Source of the DNA: Polaromonas sp.
GTDB lineage: Bacteria > Pseudomonadota > Gammaproteobacteria > Burkholderiales > Burkholderiaceae_C
DNA: 64,000 nucleotides
Direction: 5' to 3'
Assembly (NCBI GenBank): GCA_031390175.1
Contig: JANMTF010000195.1
Coordinates: 12,941 to 76,940, forward strand
Of this stretch, positions 21,851 to 30,924 are shown one piece after another; within the stretch, counting starts at the first letter, position 1; each line of letters begins with the position of its first letter. The notes under the pieces are model-generated. The model did not search any database. It was given only the letters and a program-made list of their open reading frames with translations, and had not been told where the DNA came from. A program made the position numbers and the translations under genes.

Positions 21851-22771
21851 GTGCCACTAGGCACCCTTGACCGCACCCCTCCACCCTTCTTTAAGCAGGG
21901 GCACTCAGCGCTGTCCAAGCTGATGTTTTTCAGCGCATTGGCGGTGTTTTTAATGGTGGCCGACACGCGTTTTAAAATTACACAACCACTGCGTGCGACC
22001 GTAGCCACTGTGCTTTTTCCCCTGCAATGGTTGGCCATGCGCCCAGTGCTGATGGTGCAAAGTGGTGCTGGTTACTTTGAGTCATTGCAAGACGCGCAGG
22101 TTTCCCAAGAGGATGCCCGTAAAAAATTGGCTCTGCAGGCGCAGCGTGCGGCCCAAGTTGAGCAACTATCGCTGGAAAACGCACGGCTGCGTAAACTACT
22201 GACATTGCGCGATCAAATCACTACGCCGTCACAAGCCGCGCAGGTGCTTTATGACGCAGCTGACCCCTACACCCGCCGCGTCATCATTGACAAAGGTTTG
22301 GCCCAGAGCATCAAGCCTGGGTCTCCGGTGATCGACGAGTCTGGCGTACTGGGGCAGGTGACGCGGGTACATCCCTTGGTCAGCGAAGTGACCTTGGTGA
22401 TAGACCGTGAGCAGGCTATTCCTGTGCTCAACACCCGCACTGGCGCGCGCAGCGTCGCCTATGGTGACCCTATCACGCAGGGGGGCAGTTTAGAGTTACG
22501 CTTTATGGCGGGCAATGCAGACGTGCAGCAAGGCGATATTCTGGCCACCAGCGGGGTAGACGGCGTGTACCCTGCTGGCCTGTCGGTGGCGCGCATAGAC
22601 AAAATTGAGCGCCGCGCAGACTCTGCCTTTGCCCGCATCTACTGCCAACCCTTGTCACTTATCCACAGCACCAAACACGTCATGGTACTTGACCCAGTTT
22701 CGGCTCAAATACCAGATAAACCGCGCCCAGATGTTGCGCCAGTAGCTTCTAAAAAAGGAGCTAACAAATGA
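21851..22771 (+). CDS. mreC: Rod-shape-determining protein MreC
   Basis: GTG start. It has an N-terminal TM segment, a coiled coil (LENARLRKLL), and a beta-rich C-terminal domain. Position is between mreB and mreD. Confidence 0.88.
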   Translation: MPLGTLDRTPPPFFKQGHSALSKLMFFSALAVFLMVADTRFKITQPLRATVATVLFPLQWLAMRPVLMVQSGAGYFESLQDAQVSQEDARKKLALQAQRAAQVEQLSLENARLRKLLTLRDQITTPSQAAQVLYDAADPYTRRVIIDKGLAQSIKPGSPVIDESGVLGQVTRVHPLVSEVTLVIDREQAIPVLNTRTGARSVAYGDPITQGGSLELRFMAGNADVQQGDILATSGVDGVYPAGLSVARIDKIERRADSAFARIYCQPLSLIHSTKHVMVLDPVSAQIPDKPRPDVAPVASKKGANK

Positions 22772-23295
22772 TCATGCCTATTGGCCAGCAGTTGCTGTTG
22801 CCGGCCAACCCATTGTTCATTTGGGGCAGCTTGCTGGTAGCCATGCTGCTTAACTTTGTGATGGCAACCTCATTGGGCCGCGTGGCTTGGACGCCTGATA
22901 TTTTGGCGCTGGTTTTGGTGTTTTGGACCGTGCACCAACCACTGCGTATTGGCATTGGCGTGGCCTTCGTTTTTGGTGTGTGCATGGATGTGCAGCAGGC
23001 AGCGCTGCTGGGCCAGCATGCGTGGAGCTATGCGGCCATGTGCTTTGGCGCCATTGCGATGCACCGCCGCTTGCTTTGGTTCAGCGTGCCATCGCAGGCG
23101 CTGCAGGTACTGCCGTTGTTCGTGGCTGCGCACGCCTTGCAACTGGCGGTGCGCATGCTGGGTGGTGGTGTTTTTCCTGGGCTTTCATTGTTCCTCGCAC
23201 CTGCATTGGAGGCTTTGCTTTGGCCGCTGGTATCGATCATCTTGCTCGCCCCCCAGCGCCGCGCGCCGGACCGTGATGCCAATAGACCACTATAG
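22768..23295 (+). CDS. mreD: Rod-shape-determining protein MreD
   Basis: 175 aa polytopic membrane protein with a 4-nt overlap with mreC. Confidence 0.85.
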   Translation: MIMPIGQQLLLPANPLFIWGSLLVAMLLNFVMATSLGRVAWTPDILALVLVFWTVHQPLRIGIGVAFVFGVCMDVQQAALLGQHAWSYAAMCFGAIAMHRRLLWFSVPSQALQVLPLFVAAHALQLAVRMLGGGVFPGLSLFLAPALEALLWPLVSIILLAPQRRAPDRDANRPL

Positions 23296-23320
23296 TATGG
23301 CACTGCGGTGTATGGCCTCC

Positions 23321-23488
23321 ACGCTTGTCACTGCGTGTACTGCGCTGCCCCCCCGAGGGGGCTCTCCTTGCTTGGGGCGGCCCGGCGCTGCGTCGCCATG
23401 ACCCCCACGCTTGTCACTGCGTGTACTGCGCTGCCCCCCGCGGGGGCTCTCCTTGCTTGGGGCGGCCCGGCGCTGCGTCGTTATGACT
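23321..23488 (+). repeat. Two tandem copies (period 86 bp) of the family-2 element; the second copy contains the mrdA start codon
   Basis: ACGCTTGTCACTGCGTGTACTGCGCTGCCCCCCG(A/C)GGGGGCTCTCCTTGCTTGGGGCGGCCCGGCGCTGCGTCG(CC/TT)ATGAC occurs at 23321-23406 and again from 23407 to about 23488. Confidence 0.9.
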
Positions 23489-25531
23489 GAACTGCGCAAC
23501 GTTGAAGCTGAGCTGGTGAGGTTTCGCCGGCGGGTGCTGATTGCCAGCATTGGGGTGTTGGTGGCGTTTACTTTGTTGACCTCGCGATTGGTATGGCTGC
23601 AAGTGTTTCGCCATGAAGATTTGGACGAGCAAGCGGAGAGTAACCGTACCGCTGTGGTTCCCATCGTGCCGAATCGGGGCTTGATTCTGGACCGCAACGG
23701 TTTGGTGCTGGCCACTAATTACTCGGCCTACACACTAGAGATCACGCCCTCTAAAGTGAGCAGTCTGGAAGACACGTTTGAACAGCTTAACGCGTTGGTG
23801 GAGATCACGCCGCGCGATCGCAAGCGGTTTAAAAAGTTGATGGACGAATCCAAAAGTTTCGAGTCTTTGCCGATCCGTACACGGTTGACGGACGAAGAGG
23901 TTGCCAAGTTTGCTGCGCAGCGTTTTCGCTTTACCGGCGTGGATATCAAGGCGCGTTTGTTCCGCAACTACCCCTATGGCGAGCTAGCCAGCCACGTGGT
24001 GGGCTATATTGGGCGTATCAACCAGAAAGAAAAAGAAACCATTGACGATTGGCCTGAAGAACAACAGGTAAATTACAAAGGCACCGACTATATTGGCAAG
24101 CTGGGCGTAGAGCAGAGCTTTGAGAGCCAATTGCATGGCATCACAGGCGTTGAAGAGATGGAAACCTCGGCCGGTGGACGCGCGGTACGCAGGCTGGCCA
24201 GTACGCCCGCTTCTCCGGGCAGCACGGTGCAGTTATCGATCGATATCAAGCTGCAAAAATTGATCGAAGACATGTTTGGCGAGCGGCGCGGTGCTTTGGT
24301 TGCGATTGACCCACGTAACGGCGAAGTGCTGGCTTTTGTGAGCAAGCCAACTTTTGACCCGAACCTGTTTGTCGAGGGCATCGACGTTGAAAACTGGGCC
24401 TTGCTCAATGAATCCATTGATAAACCGCTGCTGAACCGGGCATTACGCGGCACCTACCCGCCAGGTTCCACCTACAAACCCTTCATGGCCATGGCGGCAC
24501 TGGAAAACGGCAAACGCACAGCCAGCACTGTCATCAACGACGCAGGTTCATGGACTTTCGCAGGCCATACCTTTCGTAGCCACGGCGACGGCGGTCTGGG
24601 CGCGGTAGACATGTACCGCAGCATCGTCAAATCCAGCAACGTGTACTACTACTCTTTGGCCAACGAGCTGGGTGTGGACGCCATGCACGACTTTATGAAA
24701 CCACTGGGTTTTGGACAGATCACCGGCATTGACATTAACGGGGAAGTACGTGGTGTACTTCCCAGCACCGACTGGAAGCGCAACTACTACAAGCGCAGCG
24801 AGCAAAAAAAATGGTATGCGGGTGAGACTATCTCCCTGGGAATCGGGCAGGGCTATAACGCCTTCACTATGCTCCAATTAGCGCAGGCAACGGCAGTGTT
24901 AGCCAACGCCGGCGTGAAACACAAACCCCGGGTGGTGATTGCCACCCAAGATGCGATGGCGCGCGAACGCGTACCCGTGCCGGCCCAGCCGCCCATTGAC
25001 CTGGGGTACAAGAGTGAGAACGTGGCCGTGGTGCACCGAGCGCTGGCGGGGGTGACCACAGAGGGCACTTCGGCCCGCGTGTTTGCGGGTGCTGGCTACA
25101 CCAGCGGCGGTAAAACCGGCACCGCCCAGGCCGTGGGTATAGGCCAAAGAGAAAGATACGATGCCCGCAAAATGGAAGAGCACCAACGCGATCATGCTCT
25201 GTACATGGCATTTGCACCCGCCGAGGCACCGCGCATAGCCATCGCGGTGATTGTAGAAAACGCCGGTTTTGGTGCTGAGCACGCCGCCCCCATTGCGCGG
25301 CGTGCTTTTGATTATTGGTTGCTAGGCCAATACCCCAACGAGCAAGACATGGCCGCAGTGCAAAAGGGCCAAGCGGCAGCCCCTATTGGCAAGCCGCGTC
25401 TTGCCAGTGAGCTGCCTTGGCCACCAGCCGGCGTCCACTTGACCAGCCCTAGTGCGGTAGGTACGGCCGGTGGAGCCAGTGCCAGCGCCATCACCAACAC
25501 CAAGGGGGTAACGGCCAAAACAACACCATAG
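23483..25531 (+). CDS. mrdA: Penicillin-binding protein 2 (elongasome transpeptidase)
   Basis: Start at MTELRNVEAELVRFRRR. GSTYKP (SxxK), SSN and KTGTAQ motifs are present. Confidence 0.92.
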   Translation: MTELRNVEAELVRFRRRVLIASIGVLVAFTLLTSRLVWLQVFRHEDLDEQAESNRTAVVPIVPNRGLILDRNGLVLATNYSAYTLEITPSKVSSLEDTFEQLNALVEITPRDRKRFKKLMDESKSFESLPIRTRLTDEEVAKFAAQRFRFTGVDIKARLFRNYPYGELASHVVGYIGRINQKEKETIDDWPEEQQVNYKGTDYIGKLGVEQSFESQLHGITGVEEMETSAGGRAVRRLASTPASPGSTVQLSIDIKLQKLIEDMFGERRGALVAIDPRNGEVLAFVSKPTFDPNLFVEGIDVENWALLNESIDKPLLNRALRGTYPPGSTYKPFMAMAALENGKRTASTVINDAGSWTFAGHTFRSHGDGGLGAVDMYRSIVKSSNVYYYSLANELGVDAMHDFMKPLGFGQITGIDINGEVRGVLPSTDWKRNYYKRSEQKKWYAGETISLGIGQGYNAFTMLQLAQATAVLANAGVKHKPRVVIATQDAMARERVPVPAQPPIDLGYKSENVAVVHRALAGVTTEGTSARVFAGAGYTSGGKTGTAQAVGIGQRERYDARKMEEHQRDHALYMAFAPAEAPRIAIAVIVENAGFGAEHAAPIARRAFDYWLLGQYPNEQDMAAVQKGQAAAPIGKPRLASELPWPPAGVHLTSPSAVGTAGGASASAITNTKGVTAKTTP

Positions 25532-25621
25532 CCAATTACTTGGCAAACTTGGCATTCGAGTAGGCGTACAGACTACAAGGTGTATTAAACTTCGATTTTT
25601 GCTAGGAATGCATCCTCTCCC

Positions 25622-26923
25622 ATGACCATTGCTGAAATTGCGCTCTGGAGTGCCAGCTTAGGCGTCTTTCTCGTATGCTTGGTTGCGGGCTTGGTCCACG
25701 CGCTACTTACCCGTACTACGACGGGCGTTCAGGCTGGCGTGTTTATTTCTATAGCCGGTTTGTTTGTGGCCACCTGCAGTGGACTGCTGTTAACTTTCTT
25801 GCCTGGTTTGCCACTGAAAACGGTGCAACTTCTCACTCTGGTTACCGGCCCCATTGCTGCGTGCGCGGGTACTTGGGGGCTCATGCAGTTTTTGCGCGCC
25901 CATCAACATGACCAATTCGTGCAACGTGGGCTTACGGTGATCGGTATCGCTAGCGCAGCAGCGTTGTTAGGGTCGCTCTGGCCCAACTACCCACAAGCGC
26001 TGGGGTGGACAGCGCTGGTGGTGTCGCTGTGCTCGTTAGCATCATTTTGGCTGGCCTTGCGCTCAGCGCTTTTGGGCGACCGGTTTGCTTGGCCAATGGC
26101 TGGGGCTACTGCGGCGATGGCGTTCGGCGTCGCAGGGGTGTATGCCACGGCTTTGCGTGTCATAGACAACAACCTAGCTTTGCAGGCAGTATCAGCCATC
26201 TGCGTAGTGGGCTACTTGGTAGGGTGCCTGGTGACTGTCTGGCGGCGTAACAACGAGTTTTTGCGCATGCGCCGAGCCATGTCCATGCACCGCGAGAAAG
26301 ATCTGTTGACCCAGCTGTGGACTGGCGCAGCGCTGATCAAGCTGGTGGAGCAAACTATTGCACGCGCCCGGCGCAACCGCCAGGAAACCGCCATTGTTTG
26401 TATTGAAATTTTCAATGCGCCACAACTGCGCCAAGAGCTGGGCAACAACGCGCTGGAGCAAGTGATCTACGGCATCGCTGCGCGGATTCGACAAAGCGTA
26501 GGTGCATCGGCCGAAGTGGGCCGTTACGATGACACCAGCTTTGTAGTGATTGTAGAAAGTGTCAAGCGCCCCAGCATGCTGCGCACCATGGGCCTGCGCT
26601 TGGCGGTGGCGGTACGCAAGCCCTTCATGTTGAACCCCTACAGCACCTCACCCAGAGAGTTCAAAGCTGACATGGGTGTAGGAATAGCCCGCTTGCCCGC
26701 CACCCGCGACCCACGGGCTGGCTGGACAACTCGTTCTAGCCGCGCCTCCAAACCCAGCTCGGCAGACACCAGTTTTCTGTCGGACAGCGCGGGTCTGTCG
26801 CAGGAGTCCATGCATGACGCAGCCAAGCTAGCCAAAAAATCTCGTGCATTCAATTCTCGGGTCGCAATCATGGATGCTTATTCGCGCAAAGCGATGGCGG
26901 TAGAAGAAGCCGACCTGGCTTGA
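25622..26923 (+). CDS. Polytopic membrane protein with degenerate GGDEF-like cytoplasmic domain
   Basis: About 6-7 N-terminal TM helices are followed by a GGDEF-fold region (ETAIVCIEIFNAPQLRQELGNNALEQVIYGIAARIRQSV...VGRYDDTSFVVIV). The GG(D/E)EF site reads YDDTSF. Confidence 0.7.
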   Translation: MTIAEIALWSASLGVFLVCLVAGLVHALLTRTTTGVQAGVFISIAGLFVATCSGLLLTFLPGLPLKTVQLLTLVTGPIAACAGTWGLMQFLRAHQHDQFVQRGLTVIGIASAAALLGSLWPNYPQALGWTALVVSLCSLASFWLALRSALLGDRFAWPMAGATAAMAFGVAGVYATALRVIDNNLALQAVSAICVVGYLVGCLVTVWRRNNEFLRMRRAMSMHREKDLLTQLWTGAALIKLVEQTIARARRNRQETAIVCIEIFNAPQLRQELGNNALEQVIYGIAARIRQSVGASAEVGRYDDTSFVVIVESVKRPSMLRTMGLRLAVAVRKPFMLNPYSTSPREFKADMGVGIARLPATRDPRAGWTTRSSRASKPSSADTSFLSDSAGLSQESMHDAAKLAKKSRAFNSRVAIMDAYSRKAMAVEEADLA

Positions 26924-27056
26924 CACCCAAGGCGCTGAGCGATTTGTCTCGAGGTGGCGGCGGCTTGAGCTTTGAAGATGGTTTTGTTGCAAGCTTTTAC
27001 CCCCCCTGGAAAACTAAATTATCAAAGGGGCAGTCGCTGTTTTAGTAGCGGCTGTA

Positions 27057-30000
27057 TCAACCCAAATGCTTGCCCACAATCCCGGCAATCTCAAACATCG
27101 TCACCTGCGCTTTGCCAAATACCGGCAGTAGCTTGGCATCCGCGTTGATGCTGCGTTTGTCTTTAGCATCTTGCAGATTATTGGCTTTAATGTAGTCCCA
27201 CAGCTTTTTGATCACCTGTGAGCGCGCTATCGGCTCGGCACCAATCACTGCGGCCAAAGCCACGCTGGGGGTGGCACCAGTGGCTGGTGCGGCGCGTGGT
27301 TTGCGCACTGCAGTGGACTGAGTGGCAGCTTTGGTTGGAGCCTTTTTAGCGGCTACTTTGCTGGCAGGTTTTGCCGTCTTTGCGCCTGCTTTCTTGGTCG
27401 CTGCCGTGCCGGTTTTAGCCGCCGATTTTTTAGCCACAGGTGCGCCCGCCGCGGTTTTGCGCGCTGGGAATTTGCTGGTACGGGGCTCGAACTCAAAGCC
27501 TACTTTGCCCTCCTCCTTGTTCCAGGACAAAAAGGCTTTGAAGCTGCGGCGGGTGCGCATGCTCACAAATTTGTCTAGCAGGTCAGTCTTGCCGGTCTCC
27601 AGCAGTTTGGTCATTTGCTCGCGTTCTACGGGCTGCTGCAAAATGACTTGACCACTCTTGAAGTCGCAACTCGGCGTGGGTTGCGCGTCAGTGGGCACTG
27701 ACTTCTCGCATACATAGCTCTTGCCAAACTCTTTCACGGGAGCGCCGCACTTGGGGCAAGCGCCCAACGACTCTTTGCCCGACAGATCGACAATCTCGCC
27801 GGATTCTGCCGCTTTGGCGTCTTCGCCAAAGTCAAATTCAAGCTTCCAGTTTTTCTCTTCCTCGTTGTATTTGAGGGCGATCTCGGCGACAAAAGGCCAA
27901 CCTGCTTTGGAGCGGAAGCCTTCCAGCGGGCCGATCTTTTTGTTACGCAAAAACTGCTCTACCTCGGCAGGCTCAAAGGTGCGGCCCGCCGGGGTTTTGC
28001 CAAAGCTAAAACCGCAGCCTTCCAGTGCGCCCGCCTTGCCTGTGCAGGTGTAGCGGCGGTAGTTTTCTTTCACGATGCCTGCGCAGTTGGGGCAGGGTGT
28101 GGTGAGTGTGGCGTAGTCGCCGGGCACAGTGTCGCGGTCGTATTCTTTGGCTTTTTTGACGATTTTTTCCGTCATGGCGTTGATCTCTGCCATGAAGGTT
28201 TCGCGGCTCATCTTGCCTTTTTCCATCAGCGCCAGTTTGTGCTCCCATTCGCCGGTCAGCTCGGGTGTGGAAAGCTCCTCTACGCCCAAGCCGCGCAACA
28301 GCGTCATCAACTGGAAGGCTTTGGCAGTGGGGATCAGCTCGCGGCCTTCGCGCAGGATGTATTTTTCGTTGATCAAACCTTCAATGGTGGCGGCGCGGGT
28401 GGCGGGTGTGCCCAAGCCTTTTTCCTGCATGGCCTCACGCAGTTCATCGTCTTCTACCAACTTGCCTGCGCCTTCCATGGCGCCCAAAAGCGTAGCTTCG
28501 GAGTAGCGCGCGGGAGGACGGGTTTTCAGCGCCTTGGCTTCGACCACATCGTTCTTCACCATCTCGCCGGGTTTCACGGCCACCAGTTGCTGCCCTTTTT
28601 CGCCCTCTTTCGCGTCGGTGACTTCGTCAGCAGCTTCCTTGCCGTAGATGGCCAGCCAGCCGGGTTTGACCAGTACCTTGCCTTCGGTTTTGAAGCTGTG
28701 GTTGCTATATGCCCCCACGCTCTGCGCTGACGCGTCGCCGCTGCCCCCCGAGGGGGCCGTGCCTTGCTTGGGGCTGCCCGGCGCTGCGGCAACCGTCGTT
28801 ATACGCGTCGTCACCTGGTATTCGGCACTCGGGTAGAACACCGCCATAAAGCGGCGCACCACCAAGGTGTACAGCTTGTGCTCTGCTTCTGATAGCCCGC
28901 TGGGCGCTTGCAGCGTGGGGATAATGGCAAAGTGGTCTGACACTTTGGTGTTGTCAAAGATGCGTTTGCTGGGCTTGATGTAGCCGTTTTTAATCGCCAG
29001 CGCGGCGTGCGGCTCCAGGTGCTTATGGCCGCTGTCGGCCAGCATCTCAAAGGTCTTTTTCACCACCGGAACGTAGTCTTCGGGCAGGGCGCGCGAGTCG
29101 GTACGCGGGTAGGTCAAGGCCTTGTGCCGCTCGTACAGGGACTGGGCAATTTGCAGCGTGGTCTTGGCGCTAAAGCCAAACTTGCCGTTGGCCTCGCGTT
29201 GCAGGCTGGTCAAATCGAACAGCAGGGGCGAGGCTTGGGTGGTCGGCTTGCTCTCTTCGGTCACCGTCGCTTGCTTGCCTTTGACCGCATCGACCACGGC
29301 CTGGGCTTCACGTTCACTCCAGACGCGGTCGGCCTTAGCCTCCGCATCCTCGCCCTTTTTCCACTTCGGGTCAAACCACTTGGCCGGGTACTCGCCCGCC
29401 TCGCTCAAGAAGCTGGCGTGGATCTCCCAGTAGTCGCGGAAGATGTGTTTGCGGATCTGTTCTTCGCGCTCGACCATCACCGCCAGGGTGGGCGTTTGCA
29501 CGCGGCCCACGGTTGTTAAGAAGAAGCCGCCATCGCGCGAATTAAAGGCGGTCATGGCGCGGGTGCCGTTGATGCCCACCAGCCAATCGGCCTCGGAGCG
29601 GCTGCGCGCGGCGTCCGCCAGCGGCAGCATCTGCTTGTCACTGCGCAGGGTGTCAAAGCCGTCGCGGATGGCCTGCGGGGTCATGCTTTGCAGCCACAGG
29701 CGGGTAATCGGCTTGCCCAGGGGCACGTATTTGCCCTCCTTGTTGCCACCCGCATACTGCTCGATCAAGCGGAAAATCAGCTCACCCTCACGCCCCGCGT
29801 CGCAGGCGTTGACGATATTGCCCACGTCTTTGCGCTTGGCCAGCTTGACCACCGCGTTCAGGCGCGTCTTGGTTTTGTCCACGGGTTTCAAATCAAAGTA
29901 GGGCGGGATGACGGGCAGATTGGCAAAGCTCCACTTGCCGCGCTTCACGTCAAATTCTTCCGGGGCTTGAATTTCTACCAAGTGGCCCACGGCGGAGCTG

Positions 30001-30122
30001 ACGATATGCGTGTCGCTCTCAAAATACTCGTCGTGCTTTTCAAACTTGCCCACATTCGGGGTCAAGGCACGCACGATGTCTTGGGCCACAGAGGGCTTTT
30101 CGGCAATGATTAAGGTTTTCAT
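27057..30122 (-). CDS. topB: DNA topoisomerase III with C-terminal zinc-ribbon repeats, Lys/Ala-rich histone-H1-like linker and terminal SWIB/MDM2 domain
   Basis: MKTLIIAEKPSVAQDI (Toprim domain) and the type IA core are present, followed by several CPxC...C..C zinc ribbons and KKSAAKTGTAATKKAGAKTAKPASKVAAKKAPTKAA. The C-terminus LAAVIGAEPIARSQVIKKLWDYIKANNLQDAKDKRSINADAKLLPVFG...MFEIAGIVGKHL reads as a SWIB domain. Confidence 0.9.
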   Translation of the reverse strand: MKTLIIAEKPSVAQDIVRALTPNVGKFEKHDEYFESDTHIVSSAVGHLVEIQAPEEFDVKRGKWSFANLPVIPPYFDLKPVDKTKTRLNAVVKLAKRKDVGNIVNACDAGREGELIFRLIEQYAGGNKEGKYVPLGKPITRLWLQSMTPQAIRDGFDTLRSDKQMLPLADAARSRSEADWLVGINGTRAMTAFNSRDGGFFLTTVGRVQTPTLAVMVEREEQIRKHIFRDYWEIHASFLSEAGEYPAKWFDPKWKKGEDAEAKADRVWSEREAQAVVDAVKGKQATVTEESKPTTQASPLLFDLTSLQREANGKFGFSAKTTLQIAQSLYERHKALTYPRTDSRALPEDYVPVVKKTFEMLADSGHKHLEPHAALAIKNGYIKPSKRIFDNTKVSDHFAIIPTLQAPSGLSEAEHKLYTLVVRRFMAVFYPSAEYQVTTRITTVAAAPGSPKQGTAPSGGSGDASAQSVGAYSNHSFKTEGKVLVKPGWLAIYGKEAADEVTDAKEGEKGQQLVAVKPGEMVKNDVVEAKALKTRPPARYSEATLLGAMEGAGKLVEDDELREAMQEKGLGTPATRAATIEGLINEKYILREGRELIPTAKAFQLMTLLRGLGVEELSTPELTGEWEHKLALMEKGKMSRETFMAEINAMTEKIVKKAKEYDRDTVPGDYATLTTPCPNCAGIVKENYRRYTCTGKAGALEGCGFSFGKTPAGRTFEPAEVEQFLRNKKIGPLEGFRSKAGWPFVAEIALKYNEEEKNWKLEFDFGEDAKAAESGEIVDLSGKESLGACPKCGAPVKEFGKSYVCEKSVPTDAQPTPSCDFKSGQVILQQPVEREQMTKLLETGKTDLLDKFVSMRTRRSFKAFLSWNKEEGKVGFEFEPRTSKFPARKTAAGAPVAKKSAAKTGTAATKKAGAKTAKPASKVAAKKAPTKAATQSTAVRKPRAAPATGATPSVALAAVIGAEPIARSQVIKKLWDYIKANNLQDAKDKRSINADAKLLPVFGKAQVTMFEIAGIVGKHLG
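28712..28804 (-). repeat. Family-2 element copy (93 bp) embedded in frame in topB
   Basis: CCCCCACGCTCTGCGCTGACGCGTCGCCGCTGCCCCCCGAGGGGGCCGTGCCTTGCTTGGGGCTGCCCGGCGCTGCGGCAACCGTCGTTATAC aligns along its length with the 86-bp unit at 23402-23487. It encodes ITTVAAAPGSPKQGTAPSGGSGDASAQSVG. Confidence 0.8.
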
Positions 30123-30254
30123 ATCTACATTCTCGCTCTAATTACATAGCACCTACTACAATGCAGGTCTCGCGCACGCACATGTGCGCGCACACGCAGG
30201 CGGGCGCGCTCACACACGCGCGCCCATGATTCACCATACCAAATTTTTCGGGCC

Positions 30255-30866
30255 ATGCCAAAAACCTCTCCAAAAGCTGAAAAAATCAGCCCAAACAACA
30301 AGGCCTTGAAAGCCCCTAGCAAAGCCCTTAAAGCCAGCCCCTCAGTAGACGACAAAGCCCTTGCCAAGGCCGCCAAACTGGCCAAGCGCACAGCCAAACT
30401 CGACGCCTTGGTGTTGCCCGGTGCATTTATCAAAACCCGCAAATCCGGAGTGCACGGCAAAGGCATGTTTGCCATAGCCCCCGTGGCTGAAGGCCAACAC
30501 CTGATCGAATATGTGGGCGAACGCATCGACTGGCAAACCGCCTTGGATCGCCACCCACACGACCCCAAGCAGCCTAACCATACCTTTTACTTCTCGCTGG
30601 AAGATGGCCGCTGCATCGACGCCAAGGTCGGCGGCAACGACAGCCGCTGGATCAACCACAGCTGCAAGCCTAACTGCGAAGCCGACGAGCTGCATGGCCG
30701 CGTGTTCATCAAAGCCCTGCGCAATATTGAAAAAGGTGAAGAGCTGTTTTATAACTATGGCCTGGTCATTGACGAGCCGTATACCAAAAAGCTCAAATCT
30801 GAGTACGCCTGCTGGTGTGGTGCGCCCAAGTGCCGTGGCACCATGCTGGCATCTAAAAAGCGCTAG
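30255..30866 (+). CDS. SET-domain protein-lysine methyltransferase with Lys/Ala-rich N-terminal tail
   Basis: VHGKGMFAIAPVAEGQHLIEYVGERI...RWINHSCKPNCEA...ELFYNYG...YACWCGAPKCRG covers the SET core (NHSC, ELxxxY) and a post-SET Cys cluster. Confidence 0.88.
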   Translation: MPKTSPKAEKISPNNKALKAPSKALKASPSVDDKALAKAAKLAKRTAKLDALVLPGAFIKTRKSGVHGKGMFAIAPVAEGQHLIEYVGERIDWQTALDRHPHDPKQPNHTFYFSLEDGRCIDAKVGGNDSRWINHSCKPNCEADELHGRVFIKALRNIEKGEELFYNYGLVIDEPYTKKLKSEYACWCGAPKCRGTMLASKKR

Positions 30867-30924
30867 GTGGCTGCCCGATCGGCTCCTTATGCGCCAGCGT
30901 AACTTCTAAACCCTGTCGCTCATC

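Noticed and set aside
30150-30200. GCGCACGCACATGTGCGCGCAC palindrome-like sequence in the topB/SET promoter region
   Set aside because: Only a 12-bp perfect palindrome (CGCACATGTGCG) sits within alternating GC-rich sequence. That is too weak to call an operator.
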